Positions 1 to 18,368 of a stretch of 64,000 nucleotides of DNA are shown in pieces. Positions within the stretch are counted from its first letter, which is position 1. The number at the start of each line of letters is the position of its first letter. Below the pieces are notes generated by a model. The model did not search any database and was not told where the DNA came from. It saw only the letters and a list, made by a program, of their open reading frames with translations. The DNA lies in NCBI RefSeq assembly GCF_009914755.1, contig NC_060931.1. One strand, written 5' to 3'. The translations under genes and the position numbers were made by a program. The DNA comes from the human T2T-CHM13v2.0 reference genome, Homo sapiens.

Positions 1-700
1 TGGCCTTCTCTGTCTCCACGGACCCAAATCTCCCTTGGCCCTTTAAATACACGCTGCCAGCTTCTCTCTGCTGTTATGGAACATATCACAATGAATTCAA
101 AGTTCTTGGTTTATCCCTTTCTCTATGATGATAAGGTCACCACAGTTTTTAAATGGAAGGGTTAGGATTTAAAATCAAGTAATCCTCATCCCCCAAAAGA
201 CATCTTACTTGTAATTCAAGAGGTGCTTTAAAAGATGTTGCAGTTAATGTACGAAGTCAGTCCATGAAGAGAAATGCAATAACCAAAATCAGATTGTTAG
301 CAAAACAGTAAAAGATTGAACTGATGTGGCAGAAAATCAAATTAGCCAAATAAAAGTCAGAATCAAGAAAAAGACACCATATAAAACATTAATAGAAAAA
401 TAATGCAAAGTGATGAATGTAGGAGAGAGCATGTGGAATTCCAACCCCCCGCTGAAGACATGATAAAAAGGGGAGAAGACAAAGTAATGGTGCAGAATGA
501 ATAACCAACCAACAGTATAAACAAAGAATGATGCATAGCTTAAAAAAAAAGGAAATTTTAAAATGTTTACTCAACTCCAGGTAAAACTAATAAACAGAGA
601 GCATTACGAAGATACAGCTTTTTAACTTTCTTCTTTTAATTCAAAGACATAATTTAAGCTTATTGGAGCTGTACTTCAGTGGGGAATACAGATAAAACTT

Positions 701-1095
<395 letters not shown>

Positions 1096-2110
1096 ATAAA
1101 ACTTTTTTACACTCTTTTTGATCAACCACAAGATATCAGATCACCTATTTTTGGCCATTAAGGGTTTCTCTGGGAGATCCAATAACTTCAGTGACTTTTG
1201 ATTACTAAACATCCCGTCTAAGACTTCAGTCTCATCATGGCTTTTACTCTAATATTTTATTCTAAACTCTCCTCTCGGTGCCTTCACCAACCTCCCAGGG
1301 GAGAAGGAAGGATTGGCAAGCAGGGCCTAATCCTGAGACCAGCCACGTGCTACTCTCCTCTAATGCTCCAGGTTCTCTAGTTGGTTGAAGGAAAGAAGTG
1401 GGGATTCAGGAAATAATTGTCATTTTTCAGCGGTTTCTCAGGTTTTTTTCTGGAATTTCTGGTTCTAACTGCCTATGTCTTCTGCAGATATAGCCATTGA
1501 TATCTTCATAGATGCAATATGAGTTTTCTTACGGTCAAGTTCAACTGCACCTCAGCCCATCCTTCATCTGGACTCTCAAATGGCTTTCTTCCTTTGCCTT
1601 CCAACCATCAGGTCATGCGACCTCTGACAAATAATGTGTTGCCTGCTGGCCTGGCAGCCCTAGTCCTTCTGTCCCCTTCTCTGACCATAGGACTTCCTTG
1701 TGAGCAGTTGCAAGAGCCAGGAAGATCTATTAATTCTCCAAAGAATGGAAGAGGTGGACTGTGGATGACTCATTCCGTCCACATATCCTTTTTTTCCAGG
1801 CACAATACCCTACAGTTTCCTTTTGCCCTTGTGGTGCAGTGAGCCTCCTGCATTAAGAAATCTCTGGAAGGGGAGTGTCTGTGGCTCACATAGGCTTCCA
1901 AACTCCAGGAATCCGTGACAAACCCTCCAACAACTCCTCACTATACTTCTCTTTGTTCTGAGGACTGCACTTGAGTGACCATGTGGATCCTTCAGCTCAA
2001 CAAAACACAGCTGGGGCAGGTGATACAAATGTCCAATTCTAGCAGGCTCCCAGCATCTCTGTACGTTTTTCTATTGGAGTCCTCCTGGGGACAGAAGAAA
2101 AAGCCTCAGA

Positions 2111-2639
<529 letters not shown>

Positions 2640-2729
2640 CTATTTAGACTTGTACATGAGTGGATTCTCAGATGATTAGGGTGTGGGGGTGACATTTGAG
2701 TATAGTCCTCTTTAGAATATGGAAATGTT

Positions 2730-3047
<318 letters not shown>

Positions 3048-3309
3048 CTAAGCCCATTTTGACATCAACTTTGAACTCTAGTCATTAATTTCAGGGCAAC
3101 AGGAAAAATTCCACTCACTATACTGTTACTTAGAAAAATGTTAACTATTAATATATTTAGAGAAATGTTAACTATTACGTAAGGGCAAGAACACACTCAT
3201 TGCAGTTTTTAAATATATGAAATCATTCCTTGATGCATTCCGAAGCTTACATTTTGCACTTTAGCAAATGACCTTGAAACTATTTCCAAATCAACTTTTT
3301 AATTTTTCT

Positions 3310-3570
3310 CCCATGTACACAGAAAGAACCCAACTCCTCTTGCACCGAGGTGGGACCATGTAACTAAGTGGTGGGCACAGGTGGTGGAGAACACTTCCAG
3401 GCTGGCCACAAAATATCTCATAACACCTTCCTCACTCTCTCCCTCACCCACACAGTGAAAGCAAAGGACTCTAAGATGGCAGAGCCACAACTTGAAGAGA
3501 GACTGGGCCTTTGAATTCACATCTTTAAAGAGAGTCACCTGGGCTATGATCTAGATTTCAGCTGGACATA
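3310..3570 (+). mobile_element. MLT1 (MaLR) LTR fragment
   Basis: Motifs such as cacttccaggctggcc and agatggcagagccaca are typical of MLT1. Confidence 0.55.
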
Positions 3571-4405
3571 TTTACTGTTCTTCTATAGGTGGACTCTGGA
3601 ATGATTTCCAATTATCGAGTATTTCATGCAATGACTCAGTGAGTACCTTTGTGTATATGACAGCATATTTCTGGGTAGAAGCAGGATTGCTGGACCAAAG
3701 GGTATGTATCAGTTTTACTCTGATAGTGGTAAAATCCCTCCCTCCAAAATTATCCTGACATAAGCTATTTATACTATATAACAGTACCTCACTCCTTAGC
3801 CCCAATCGACATATTTTTTTTCCTGTGGCTTACTTGTTCATAAGTTCTGCCCATTTTTTTGTGCTGAATTCTATGCGATATTTTCTTATAGATTTGTAGC
3901 ATCCATATGTGTTATTTATTTATCCAAGAAATGTGTATTGAGATCCTAGTATTTGCAAAGCGCTATCCTAGGCAGTGAGAAAATAATTGTGAATAAAACC
4001 ACATGTGGTTTCTGAAGAAAAGAAAGTGAGATTGAGGGTTGGGTAGGAAGAAACCAGAGAAGGTCAAAAAGAAAGGGAAAGAAAAGAGGAAGTTTATAAG
4101 TAGAGGCTTGAAGTGCCAAGGGCACGATAGAAACATTATGAAGAGAACCAAATCAATACAACTTGCTATTGAGTTTGAGATGATAGAACAAGAGAAGAGA
4201 CATTGGTCTGTGTAAAAGCTAGAACAGAGATTTACTCATGTACAAACGAGGTGGAATACAGGGCTGAGTTGGAAAAGTAGGTGTTAAACTCCATATCCTG
4301 TTCTGTAACTTTAGTTAAGTTAACACAGCTTTGTTGATACGCGTGCTTACGCAGTGAATTCTGGTGATCTTAGTCCTCAAAATTCTGGTCTCCTCTGGAA
4401 TGTCA

Positions 4406-4773
<368 letters not shown>

Positions 4774-4861
4774 TATATAGAATCACTTTCCCCAAGTCAA
4801 GGCCTCGCTTTCTTTGAGGGAGTTGTAAAAAGTTTTAACCAAATTTTTCAATTATTTTGTT

Positions 4862-5168
4862 ATTATTTTTTGAGATGGATTATTCCTATGTCACCCAGGC
4901 TGGAGTTCACCCAGGCTGGAGTGCAGTGGCACAATCCCGGCTCACTACAACTTCCACCTCCCAGATTCAAGCCATTCTCCTGCCTCATCCTCCTGAGTAG
5001 CTGGGATTAGAGGCACCCAGCACCACGCCCGGCTAATTTTTGTATTTTTAATAGAGATTGGGTTTCGCCATGTTGGCCAGGCTGGTCTCGACCGCCTGAC
5101 CTCAGGTGATCCACCTGACTTGGCCACCGAAAGTGTTGGGATTACAGGTGTGAGCCACCACACCCTAC
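4862..5168 (-). mobile_element. Alu with internal 16-bp tandem duplication
   Basis: Reverse Alu; tcacccaggctggagt is repeated at about 4892-4923. Confidence 0.9.
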
Positions 5169-5239
5169 CTCAGATTTATATATCAGGATGGCAAATTTAG
5201 TCTATGAGTTTATCATTTATTTCATCCTCAGATTTAAAC

Positions 5240-6038
<799 letters not shown>

Positions 6039-6310
6039 AAACTACACGAAAGAGATGTGATGTCATAAATATTAACCATTTGTGCAGTATATGCCTTAAA
6101 ACATATTTTTCCCCAAATTCTGGCTCTTGAGTTTGTATCTTTCCCAGGAATTTCTAATTCTTATATAGGAAAAAGCCTCAGTCTTTTCCTTTGTGATATT
6201 TGATTTTTGTGCCAGGTTCCAGAAGGTGTTACCTGTACCAAGAATACATAGCAATGTTATGTTACCTTTTTAAGTTATTTTTAATAATTAAACTTTCGTC
6301 TACCCAGAAT

Positions 6311-6620
6311 GGCTGGGTGTGGTGGCTCACACCTGTAATCTCAGCACTTTGGGAGGCTGAGGAGGGCAGATCACTTGAGGTCAGGAGTTCAAGACCAGCC
6401 TGGCCAACATGGCAAAATGCCATCTCTAATAAAAATACAAAAAAATTAACCAGCCATGGTGGCAGGTGCCTGTAATCCCAGGCTGAAGCAGTAGAGTCAC
6501 ATGATCCGGGGAGGGAGAGGTTGCAGTGAGCTGAGATTGCACTACTGCACTCCAGCCTGGATGGCAGAGTGAGACTCTGTCTCAAAAAACAAACAAAGAA
6601 ACAAACAAAAACACCCCAAA
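6311..6620 (+). mobile_element. Alu (small deletion in right arm)
   Basis: Alu consensus; ctacccagaat repeated on both flanks. Confidence 0.9.
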
Positions 6621-7474
6621 AAACTACCCAGAATATATATTTGTGTGTGTGTGATATAGGGGGAGGTTTAGATCATTTTAAACGCCCCCAAATTATTTGT
6701 TTAGTAATCTTGTCTGCACGTAGGTCTATTCATAAGTTCTCCAGTATCGTCTTCTGGTCTGTCAGTTCTTAAGCCACCACTCACCTACTTAATTATTGTA
6801 GCTTTTAGGATAGGTCGATAACTGGAGAGGAATTCCAGATTCATTATTCTCCATTTCTGAACTTTTCTTCAGTTTTCTAGATTCATTTTTGAATGAACTG
6901 ATTACGTTTCCAAAAATTATTTTGATGGAAAGTTCATTGAAATTGCAGTGAATATATGGTACCAAATGACATGCACCAGTAATGCTTCCCAGTACTTAAG
7001 AAACAAGCTGGGAACCAGGCATGGCAAAACCCTGTCTCTACTAAAAATACAAATCTATTGTATTAGGAGAGTGGGTGCTAAGTCTAGTTCCCTGCTCTAA
7101 TCATTAGAAAAAATTAAAGGCCCAAAGTCTATAAAGTCATTTAACATTTTTCCCTTTTCCTTGGGAAAAAATGTTCTGCTTAGATTGCTAATAACGTGAG
7201 GTTAACTGTCATATTTCCTGCCTGTAAATTAGTAATTTGGCATTCTGGTTTCATACCAGAATTGAAGTTTCAAACCTTAATCTCTGAATTTGGTTATACA
7301 TTGACATCCCCTCCTCAAATATAATAATTTCTGTTCAGCTGTAGAGGTTAGGGTCTTGTCAATCACGGTTGAAAAATGTGTGATCAAATAAACAGATGTC
7401 CTTTTAGAAAAATGAGGATGTTTGAGAGCGAACCACAATGAACACATATAAGCCTTCATAAATTGTTTTCTTTA

Positions 7475-7876
<402 letters not shown>

Positions 7877-7967
7877 TCATAACATTTAACTGAGAATAGT
7901 ATTAAGAACATTTTAATACTATATAGTAACAAGGAGACACTGCATTTTTCATTTCTCATCTCTCTAG

Positions 7968-8290
<323 letters not shown>

Positions 8291-8668
8291 ACAAGGTACT
8301 GTTTGTGTCAGTTCATTTCATTTTAAATCATTTCAGTGATTTCCTCAAATTCATTTATTGAGCCTACGGGTGCAAATCAAGCTTTCAAATAATATAATGC
8401 AAGGGACATTAGAACAGCCGTCAGGTGAATTCTATTTACATTATTAAATATTTTTCTTTTTGATGACTAAGGGAAAAGGCTGAGAATGCTGGACTCTTCA
8501 TGGTGTCAGGTCTGTGCAGGTGAGATAGGCTACGGATAAATGACAACAGTGACAGAAACTTTAACCACAAAAATCATCACTCCCACATGTGCGGGCTCTG
8601 TGCTACTAAGCACTCATGACTCATGTGCATTATATGCTTTCATTGATCCTCAGTAAGACACATTAAAG

Positions 8669-9271
8669 CTTTTTTTTTCTTTTTTTGAGATGAAGTCTCG
8701 CTCATTCACCCAGACTGGAGTGCAGTGACACAATCTCAGCTCACTGCAACTTCCGCCTCCTGGGTCCAAGCAATGATCCTACCTCAGCTTCCTGAGTAGC
8801 TGGGATTACAGGTGCAAACTACCATGCCCAGCTAATTTTTGTATTTTAGTAGAGATGGGGTTTCACCATGTTGGCCAGGCTGCTCTAGAATTCCTGATCT
8901 CAAGTGATCTGCCCACCTCAGCCTTCCAAAGTGCTGGGTTTACAGGTGTGAGCCACCGCGCCAGGCCTTTTTTTTTTTTTTTTGAGGCAGGGTCTCACTC
9001 TGTTGCCCTGGCTGGAGTGCAGTGGTGCAATCATAACTCACTGCGCCTTGAACTCCTGGGCTCAAGCAATCCTTCCACCTCAGCCTCCTTCATAGCTGAG
9101 ACTACAGGTACATGCCATGATGCCTGGCTATTTTTTTCTATTTTTTTTTTTAATAGCGATGGTGTCTCTCTACATTGTCTATGCTGGCCTTGAGCTCCTG
9201 TGCCCAATAAATTCTCCCATCCCAGCCTCCCAAAGTGCTAGGATTACAAGTGTGAGCCACCATACCTGTCC
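8669..9271 (-). mobile_element. Two tandem Alus (S-type 8669-8967; J-type 8968-9271)
   Basis: Two consecutive reverse Alu dimers. Confidence 0.9.
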
Positions 9272-9518
9272 CATTAGAGCCTTTTGTAGCTTAGGAAACT
9301 AAGGCTCAGAGACATTTAACAACTTCCTCAAGGTGACAGCAGTAGAAGTTAAGTTTTACTAATTCATACATTCATTCAACACACTTATTAAGCACATACT
9401 ATGCACTATTTGTGATTCATCAGGAAACAAAACAAATACAGCCTGTCTTTCCAAAGCTTCCATCCTTGGGCATGTTGCAGTGGGGATGGGTCAAGAGAGA
9501 GACACTAAACAATAAACC

Positions 9519-9980
<462 letters not shown>

Positions 9981-10113
9981 TTCACATGGTTTAGATGGGG
10001 CTGAGCCTACTTCTGGATTTAAATACAGGCATCTGAGCTAGGCCTGGACAATCAGTGTGCTTCATTCCAAGGATTCAATTCTGTACTTTTTTCAGAACAC
10101 TGGGAAAGAGAAG

Positions 10114-10419
<306 letters not shown>

Positions 10420-10499
10420 GAAAGAGAAGTGTTTTCAGCTGGACTTGAAGCTAGTGCAGCATGGGCCTGGAGCTGCTGTTGCCTACCTTTGCCATCATG

Positions 10500-11820
<1,321 letters not shown>

Positions 11821-11858
11821 CAGTATATTTATTTTTGAAGGAAACTTGATATCTCTAC

Positions 11859-12240
11859 TGCATCAGTCAACTCGAGCTATGTTTTACTGCAATAACAAAC
11901 AGCCCCAGCATCTCAGGAGCCTGTTAATGACAAGGTCGATTTCTTATTCATATTGAGAATATGAATCCTCAGTTACTTTCTCATTGCTTGTTGATAGTGG
12001 GTCACTGCAGCTCTGGGCTGTATGTCACCTTTACTCTGATCCACGTTAAAGGTGCAGCCCATTCCTGGGGCAGGCCATTCTCATAGCAGACAGAAACCAC
12101 GTGACAAAGCCGCTTCTTGAAAGCTTAGCTCACAGTCTGTTGCCCAAAGGAAGTCACACAGCTAAGCCTGACTTCAATCAGGAGGGTCACCAGGGAATTG
12201 CCAATGGAATAAATACTTTGACAATAATACAATCTACCAC
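11859..12240 (-). mobile_element. MLT1 LTR
   Basis: gcaataacaaacagcccc and gcccaaaggaagtcacacagctaagcctgacttcaa are typical of MLT1. Confidence 0.7.
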
Positions 12241-12399
12241 ATCTACTGTAAAGGGAAAACCAGCACCACTTGCTCTCAATAGAAGGTGACCACAAAAAGT
12301 CAATATTATGAAAACATGTAACTTTATTAAATTCTAGCCAAATAATTTTGCCTCTTGAAGGCACTAAGTCTGAGGCCCACTCTCAAACAGAAAGTTTGG

Positions 12400-13210
12400 A
12401 AGGGAGGCAGGTAAGTGTTAGAAAGGCGTTGACGTCATGTTCCTATCAAACTGAGACTGTCGCCTAGATGAGATCAGAATGATTGGCAGAGAATGAAATG
12501 TTACTTGATACTGGGGTAGTGTACCCACCAAGATCTCCTCACGAATCCCCACTGGTACTTGGTCTATACTCTGGAAGACCCGGCTTCAGAATCGCTCTAG
12601 GGGAGTACAGAAGGAAACTCAGTGTTTGAGGGAGTAATGATAATGGCAGCCACCTGTTAGAGGTGCCGCCACGGTGCACAATTTTATGAATGGGGCCCCT
12701 GAAGTTGTGCAACATGGCGGCCCTGGAGAGAATCTCTGCGGGCTACCTCATTTAATTCCCACCTCCGCTCTGCCAGGTAGGCAGCATTACCTCCATTTCA
12801 CAGCAGAAAAATAATTGAGATTCAGGGAAGTTCAGTGCCTGGCTCAGGACTGCAGCTGGAGGGGTCCGGGAGAGGCTCTAACCCTCCGGCTTGAAGGTGT
12901 AGTTTCAGACTTGGCCACTTGGTGTCACTCTCTCCAAACTGTCGGAAGAACCTCTGAGCCGGCCGGTTTGTGGGGGACTCCCTGCCCAGCTAGTTGCACA
13001 CGAATCCCCAGTCCGGCAAAGGAGCCCCTCCTGTCCTCCCTCCGCCCTGTCACCCTTGAGGGGTGCAGAATTTCTGCCTGTTACCTGTTTGAACGAGGTC
13101 TCTGAGTACGCCTGAGCCAAGTACTTCACAGGCATGATCTCACTCGAGCCTGCCAGCAGCAATGTGGTCTCAGACTACAGGCGAGGAAACTGAGGCCAAC
13201 GGCGTGGGAG
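12400..13210. promoter_or_regulatory. CpG-retaining promoter-like region with a perfect CRE
   Basis: TGACGTCA at 12430-12437; about 25 CpGs in about 800 bp by hand count; inverted CCAAT at 12482-12486. Confidence 0.45.
12660..12725. mobile_element. MER91-like palindromic hAT MITE
   Basis: Inverted repeat gccgccacggtgcacaatt / agttgtgcaacatggcggc. Confidence 0.65.
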
Positions 13211-13497
13211 CAACTTGCCCAGCTGGTAAGTGGCAGTCAGAATTTGAACTCTGAGTTAGAAGCTTGGCGTTTCAATGACCAGAAAGTGCATGGAGGGACT
13301 GTTGTATTAATTCTTGATTTTTCATAGAATATATTTCCAACCACCTGACCTCAGTCTCTGTAATGTCCTTGGCAATGAAAATAATCTGCCTGTTTAGAGA
13401 AGTGTATGTGTTTTTGGTCTTTTCTTTTTTTCATGTAGAAGTTAGTCTTCACCTGATTCTACCAAGAGAACACTGAGGTGTTTACTTACTTAATTAA

Positions 13498-14390
<893 letters not shown>

Positions 14391-14399
14391 GGAACAAAA

Positions 14400-15420
14400 T
14401 AAAAGTCACTTTTAATTCACATCAGCCACCCAGAGATAAGTGCTGTTGACACCTTGGAGCATATCCTTCGAGGCATTTTTCTCTCTGTCATCTATCAATG
14501 CATTAAAAAGTTCATTTTTAAAAAATTAACAAGGGAATGTATTCACACGCAAAAATTCAAAAGATACCAAAGGATTTACAGTGGGTCTTCTCCCTCTAAT
14601 CCTTAGCCCCCTTTCCCAGCTTTAAAACTCCAAGCTTCCCTCCCCAGAATCCATCCTGGTTATCATTTCTTGGGGATCATTACAGAGACATCCAGAACAT
14701 AGATAAGCAAACATGTGCATGGATTCCTGTACACATTTCTCTAAATAGAAGCATACCACACACCCTGTTCTGCATTGGGATTTTGTTTTTTTCAACTTAG
14801 CAATGTACCTTGGCAGATCTTTCCAGATCAGCACTAGGAGAGCGTTCTTTGCACAATTCCATTGTCTGAATATAATAATTTATCTAACAAGTTTTCTGGT
14901 GATAGTCATGGAGGTGTTTCCAGGGTTTTGCTGCAACAAACAATGCTGCAATTAGTATCCTTTTCACAGAAGTCTTTCCATGTATTCAGAGCTATTTCTG
15001 ATGGATACACTGTTAACAACTGAATCGCCCAGTCATATGGCAGGTGCATTTAAACATCTTGACACTGGTTGTCTAAATGCTCTCTAAGGTTGTACCTACC
15101 AATCATCATTTGTACCAGCAACCTACGTGAGCTCTGGTTTCCCCACATTCTAGCCAAGGCCAAGTATTATTGGACTTCTTGATCTTGGCCTTGCCGCTAG
15201 GGAAAAAGGCGTTCACCATAGTTCTAATCTACATATTCATTGTTTATATGTTAGATTGGACATTAAAAAATATGTTCAAAGACCATTTATATTCCTTTTC
15301 TGGTGGCAAAGCATTCAAGTTGTCTATTTTTCTCTTGGATAATTGTCTTTTTGTTGATCTGCCAGGGATTTTTATATGCTAAGAAAATGAGGTCTTTGTT
15401 TCTCATACATGTTATAAATG
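14400..15420 (-). mobile_element. Old L1M (L1ME-like) fragments
   Basis: AT-rich degenerate L1 3' sequence, e.g. ttgctgcaacaaacaatgctgcaat. Confidence 0.6.
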
Positions 15421-15446
15421 TACATATTTAAAAATATAGATATATC

Positions 15447-15725
15447 AGGCAGGGTGCAGTGGCTCACACCTGTAATCCCAGTGCTTTAGGAGGCGGAGGT
15501 TGGAGGATCACTTGAGTCCAGGAGTTCGAGACCTGTCTGTGCAACACGGTGAAACCCTGTCTCTAGTAAAAATACAAAAATTAGCTTGGTATGATGGCAG
15601 GTGCTTGTAGTCCCAACTACTTGGAAGGTTGAGGTGAGAGGATTGCTTGAGCCTAGGAGGTGGAGGCTGCAGTGAGTTGTGTTCACTCCAGCCTGGGTAA
15701 CAAGCAAGATTCTCTCTCTCTCTAC

Positions 15726-15776
<51 letters not shown>
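15447..15776 (+). mobile_element. Alu ending in a (CT)n(CA)n microsatellite
   Basis: Alu consensus; CA run at about 15724-15776. Confidence 0.9.
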
Positions 15777-15778
<2 letters not shown>

Positions 15779-16328
15779 TATAGATATATCAAACAAAAAA
15801 ATGAGATCTCATTGTATAAAATGTTTCTGAGGCCTGTGGTCATTTGATAATATATTGTGCATCCTTTCCTGTATCTGTATTTCTTTGCAGCAAGATTATT
15901 TGTTGATAGTGAAAAAATCACTCTGGGTACACTGGCAGTTCATCAAACACAAGTGGCTATGAATTGCTATGAACACAACAATAACAAGTATCCGAGAGGA
16001 GGCTTGTGAAGCATCTCGTATGTTTCATCTGTTTATGCACTTAATTTAATCCTCCCAACGAAACTGTGATGTAAATAACATCATACTCATCACAGATGAG
16101 GAAACTGAGGCCCAGGAGAGTCACAGGATTTGTCCAAGGCCTCCCAGATGGTCAGTGGACGATCTGAGATTCAAACCTATGTCAATTCGTCTTTGGAACA
16201 TTGGCTACCGCCTTCCATGACGTTAAATCCCCATGTTCCCAACTAGTCTGGATTAAACATCCGGGAGGTATGTCCTCATCCTCCCCTCCCACCACTCCGG
16301 GCTGGGAAACATCATGTAGTTTAGGGCC

Positions 16329-16347
16329 GGGCCACCAGGGGGTGCTA
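16329..16347 (+). promoter_or_regulatory. Candidate CTCF binding site
   Basis: gggccaccagggggtgcta matches 17/19 positions of TGGCCACCAGGGGGCGCTA, in unique DNA with retained CpGs. Confidence 0.65.
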
Positions 16348-16569
16348 GGAACACATTTCTTGCCTGTTGTGGGAGCTGGGAGCCGGCTGGGGCCAGGCAC
16401 CCTGGGACAGAGCACTACTTGGGGCCTGATGATCCTGAGGGCTGAGGTGGCTCAGGCCTGAGTGAATGGCTCCTGCCACGTCTGGAGGGAATCACCTCTG
16501 GCAGCCTTCAGGGACTCCTAGATATCTGGTCATGGCTCAGCCCCTCTGGGGACTTGGATTGCTGTAGAT

Positions 16570-16800
16570 CGGGGTTCTTCAGCCTCCGCACGTAGTACAC
16601 GGGGCGGAGCACACGGGGCAGCAGAATCTTTTGCTGCAGGGATCTGTCCTGAGCTTCGTAGGCTGTTCACAGTCTCCCCGGCCTCTACCCATAAGATGTT
16701 GGCAGCCCCTCCCCACCCAAGTTGTGACAACCCAAGATGTCTCTAGACATTGCTAAATGTCCACTGGGGGGCACAGTTGCCCTTGGTTGAGAACCGCTGC
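16570..16800. mobile_element. MER20 (hAT-Charlie)
   Basis: gttgtgacaacccaagatgtctctagacattgctaaatgtcc...ggttgagaaccgctg. Confidence 0.85.
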
Positions 16801-17079
16801 TGTGGACCAGGGTGGGCAGGTCATATACATGACGGGAGCCAGCCCTGTGCAAGATAACAGCAGCTCACACCTAGAGAGCCCCACGGAGAGAAAATCACTG
16901 ACACTATGTGAGGCGGGACTGACACCACCTCTGCTTTACAGATGAGGAAACTGAGGCCAGAAACGTTCAGTGACTTGCACGAGGCCACACAGCCAGTATT
17001 TAGTAGAATAGGGGCTTGAACCCAGGCCATCAGGCTCTAGCATCTGTGCCCCTAACCACTCAGGCAAGATGCATTGCTC

Positions 17080-17520
17080 ATCCATCAAATCCCCAGGAGT
17101 ATTCTCCATGGCCACAAAGACACACTTCTTTCCCAATTTCCTCTTTACCTAAGTTCATTTTCCACTTTTGACGAAGAGCCACCTGTAAGAGATTTTTCAT
17201 TTTCCTCATAATGGTACTGAGAAAAACACCAGCCCAAATTGCCATGATAAATGGCAGCTGACACAACCTCGATAGCAGGGCTGCGTTGTGGAGCAGTGGG
17301 GACTGTGAGCACTCAGAAGGCTCGGCCCCGTCAGTCCCAGTATATTATTTCCTGGTATGGGTGCTGGCCCAATTTTGCAGGAGAAACCAGAAGTCTAGAT
17401 TTTCAATGTGAAATTTTCTAATTTTAAAATAATGACAATTCAAAAAATTAAAAACCCTGTGAAGATCAAACAAAATATGTCTGCAGCCCAATTTACCCTG
17501 ATAACTGCCAGTTTCCAATC
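17080..17520 (-). mobile_element. Charlie4/MER102-family fragment
   Basis: Reverse strand contains gtgtcagctgccatttatcat and a MER102-type terminus. Confidence 0.65.
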
Positions 17521-17589
17521 TTTCCAAAGGACACATTCAGTGTCCAGGAACAAACCCTTTCACCCTGTTAGTGTCCCCTGCCTTTCATC

Positions 17590-17985
17590 ATTATTTATTT
17601 AGTTAGTTCTTTTATGTATTCAGTCACCCATTCATTCTATGCATGCATTCCATCCACCCAGTCATCCATTAATTCATTACCCATCCATTCATTCATTCCT
17701 TCATCCATCATCTATCCCTCACCCACCCAACCATCCATTCATCCATCCACCCATCTCTCTGTTCATCCATCTCTCCAGCCATCATCTATCTCTCATCTGT
17801 CCATCCTTCCACCCGCCCATCCTTCCTTTCATCCATCTGTCCATCCTTCCATCCATCCACCAATCCTTCCATTCATTCATCCCTCCATCCATCATCCATC
17901 TCTCATCCATTCATCCATCCATCCTTCCATCCATCCATCCACCCATTTATCCCATCCATCCATTCTTCCAGCCTTCCATTTGTTA
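17590..17985. repeat. Degenerate (CCAT)n simple repeat
   Basis: Repeated ccat/tcat units. Confidence 0.95.
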
Positions 17986-18066
17986 ACATCTACTTTAGTG
18001 AAAATGAAAAAAAGATGACAAATCACAGACACCACGGACAAGGATAAAACCAAATGGTGTTAAAAT

Positions 18067-18368
18067 ATGTGTGTGTGTGTGTGTGTGTGTGTCACAGTCT
18101 CACTGTCACCCAGATTGGAGTGCAGTGGCACCATCATGACTGACGGCAGCCTCAACCTCCAGGGCTCAAGAGATCCTTCTGCCTTAGTCTCTTGAGTAGC
18201 TGGGAATACAGGTGCATGCCACAGTGCCCAGCTAATTTTTTAATTTTTGTAGAGATGAGATCTCACTATGTTGCTCAAGCTGGTCTTGAACTCCTGGACT
18301 CAAGTAATTCTTCTGACCCGGCCTCCCAAAGTGTTGGGATTATAGGCCTCAGCCACCACATCCAGCCC
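18067..18368 (-). mobile_element. AluJ with (TG)n tail
   Basis: TG run at 18067-18091 followed by a reverse AluJ. Confidence 0.9.

Noticed and set aside
17614-18018. His/Pro/Ser/Ile-rich ORFs, and the Phe/Leu/Ser- or Arg/Glu-rich ORFs at 24528-25088, 35775-36416, 46246-46957 and 62824-63321
   Set aside because: They are stop-free by construction, being translations of (CCAT)n and CT-rich simple repeats.
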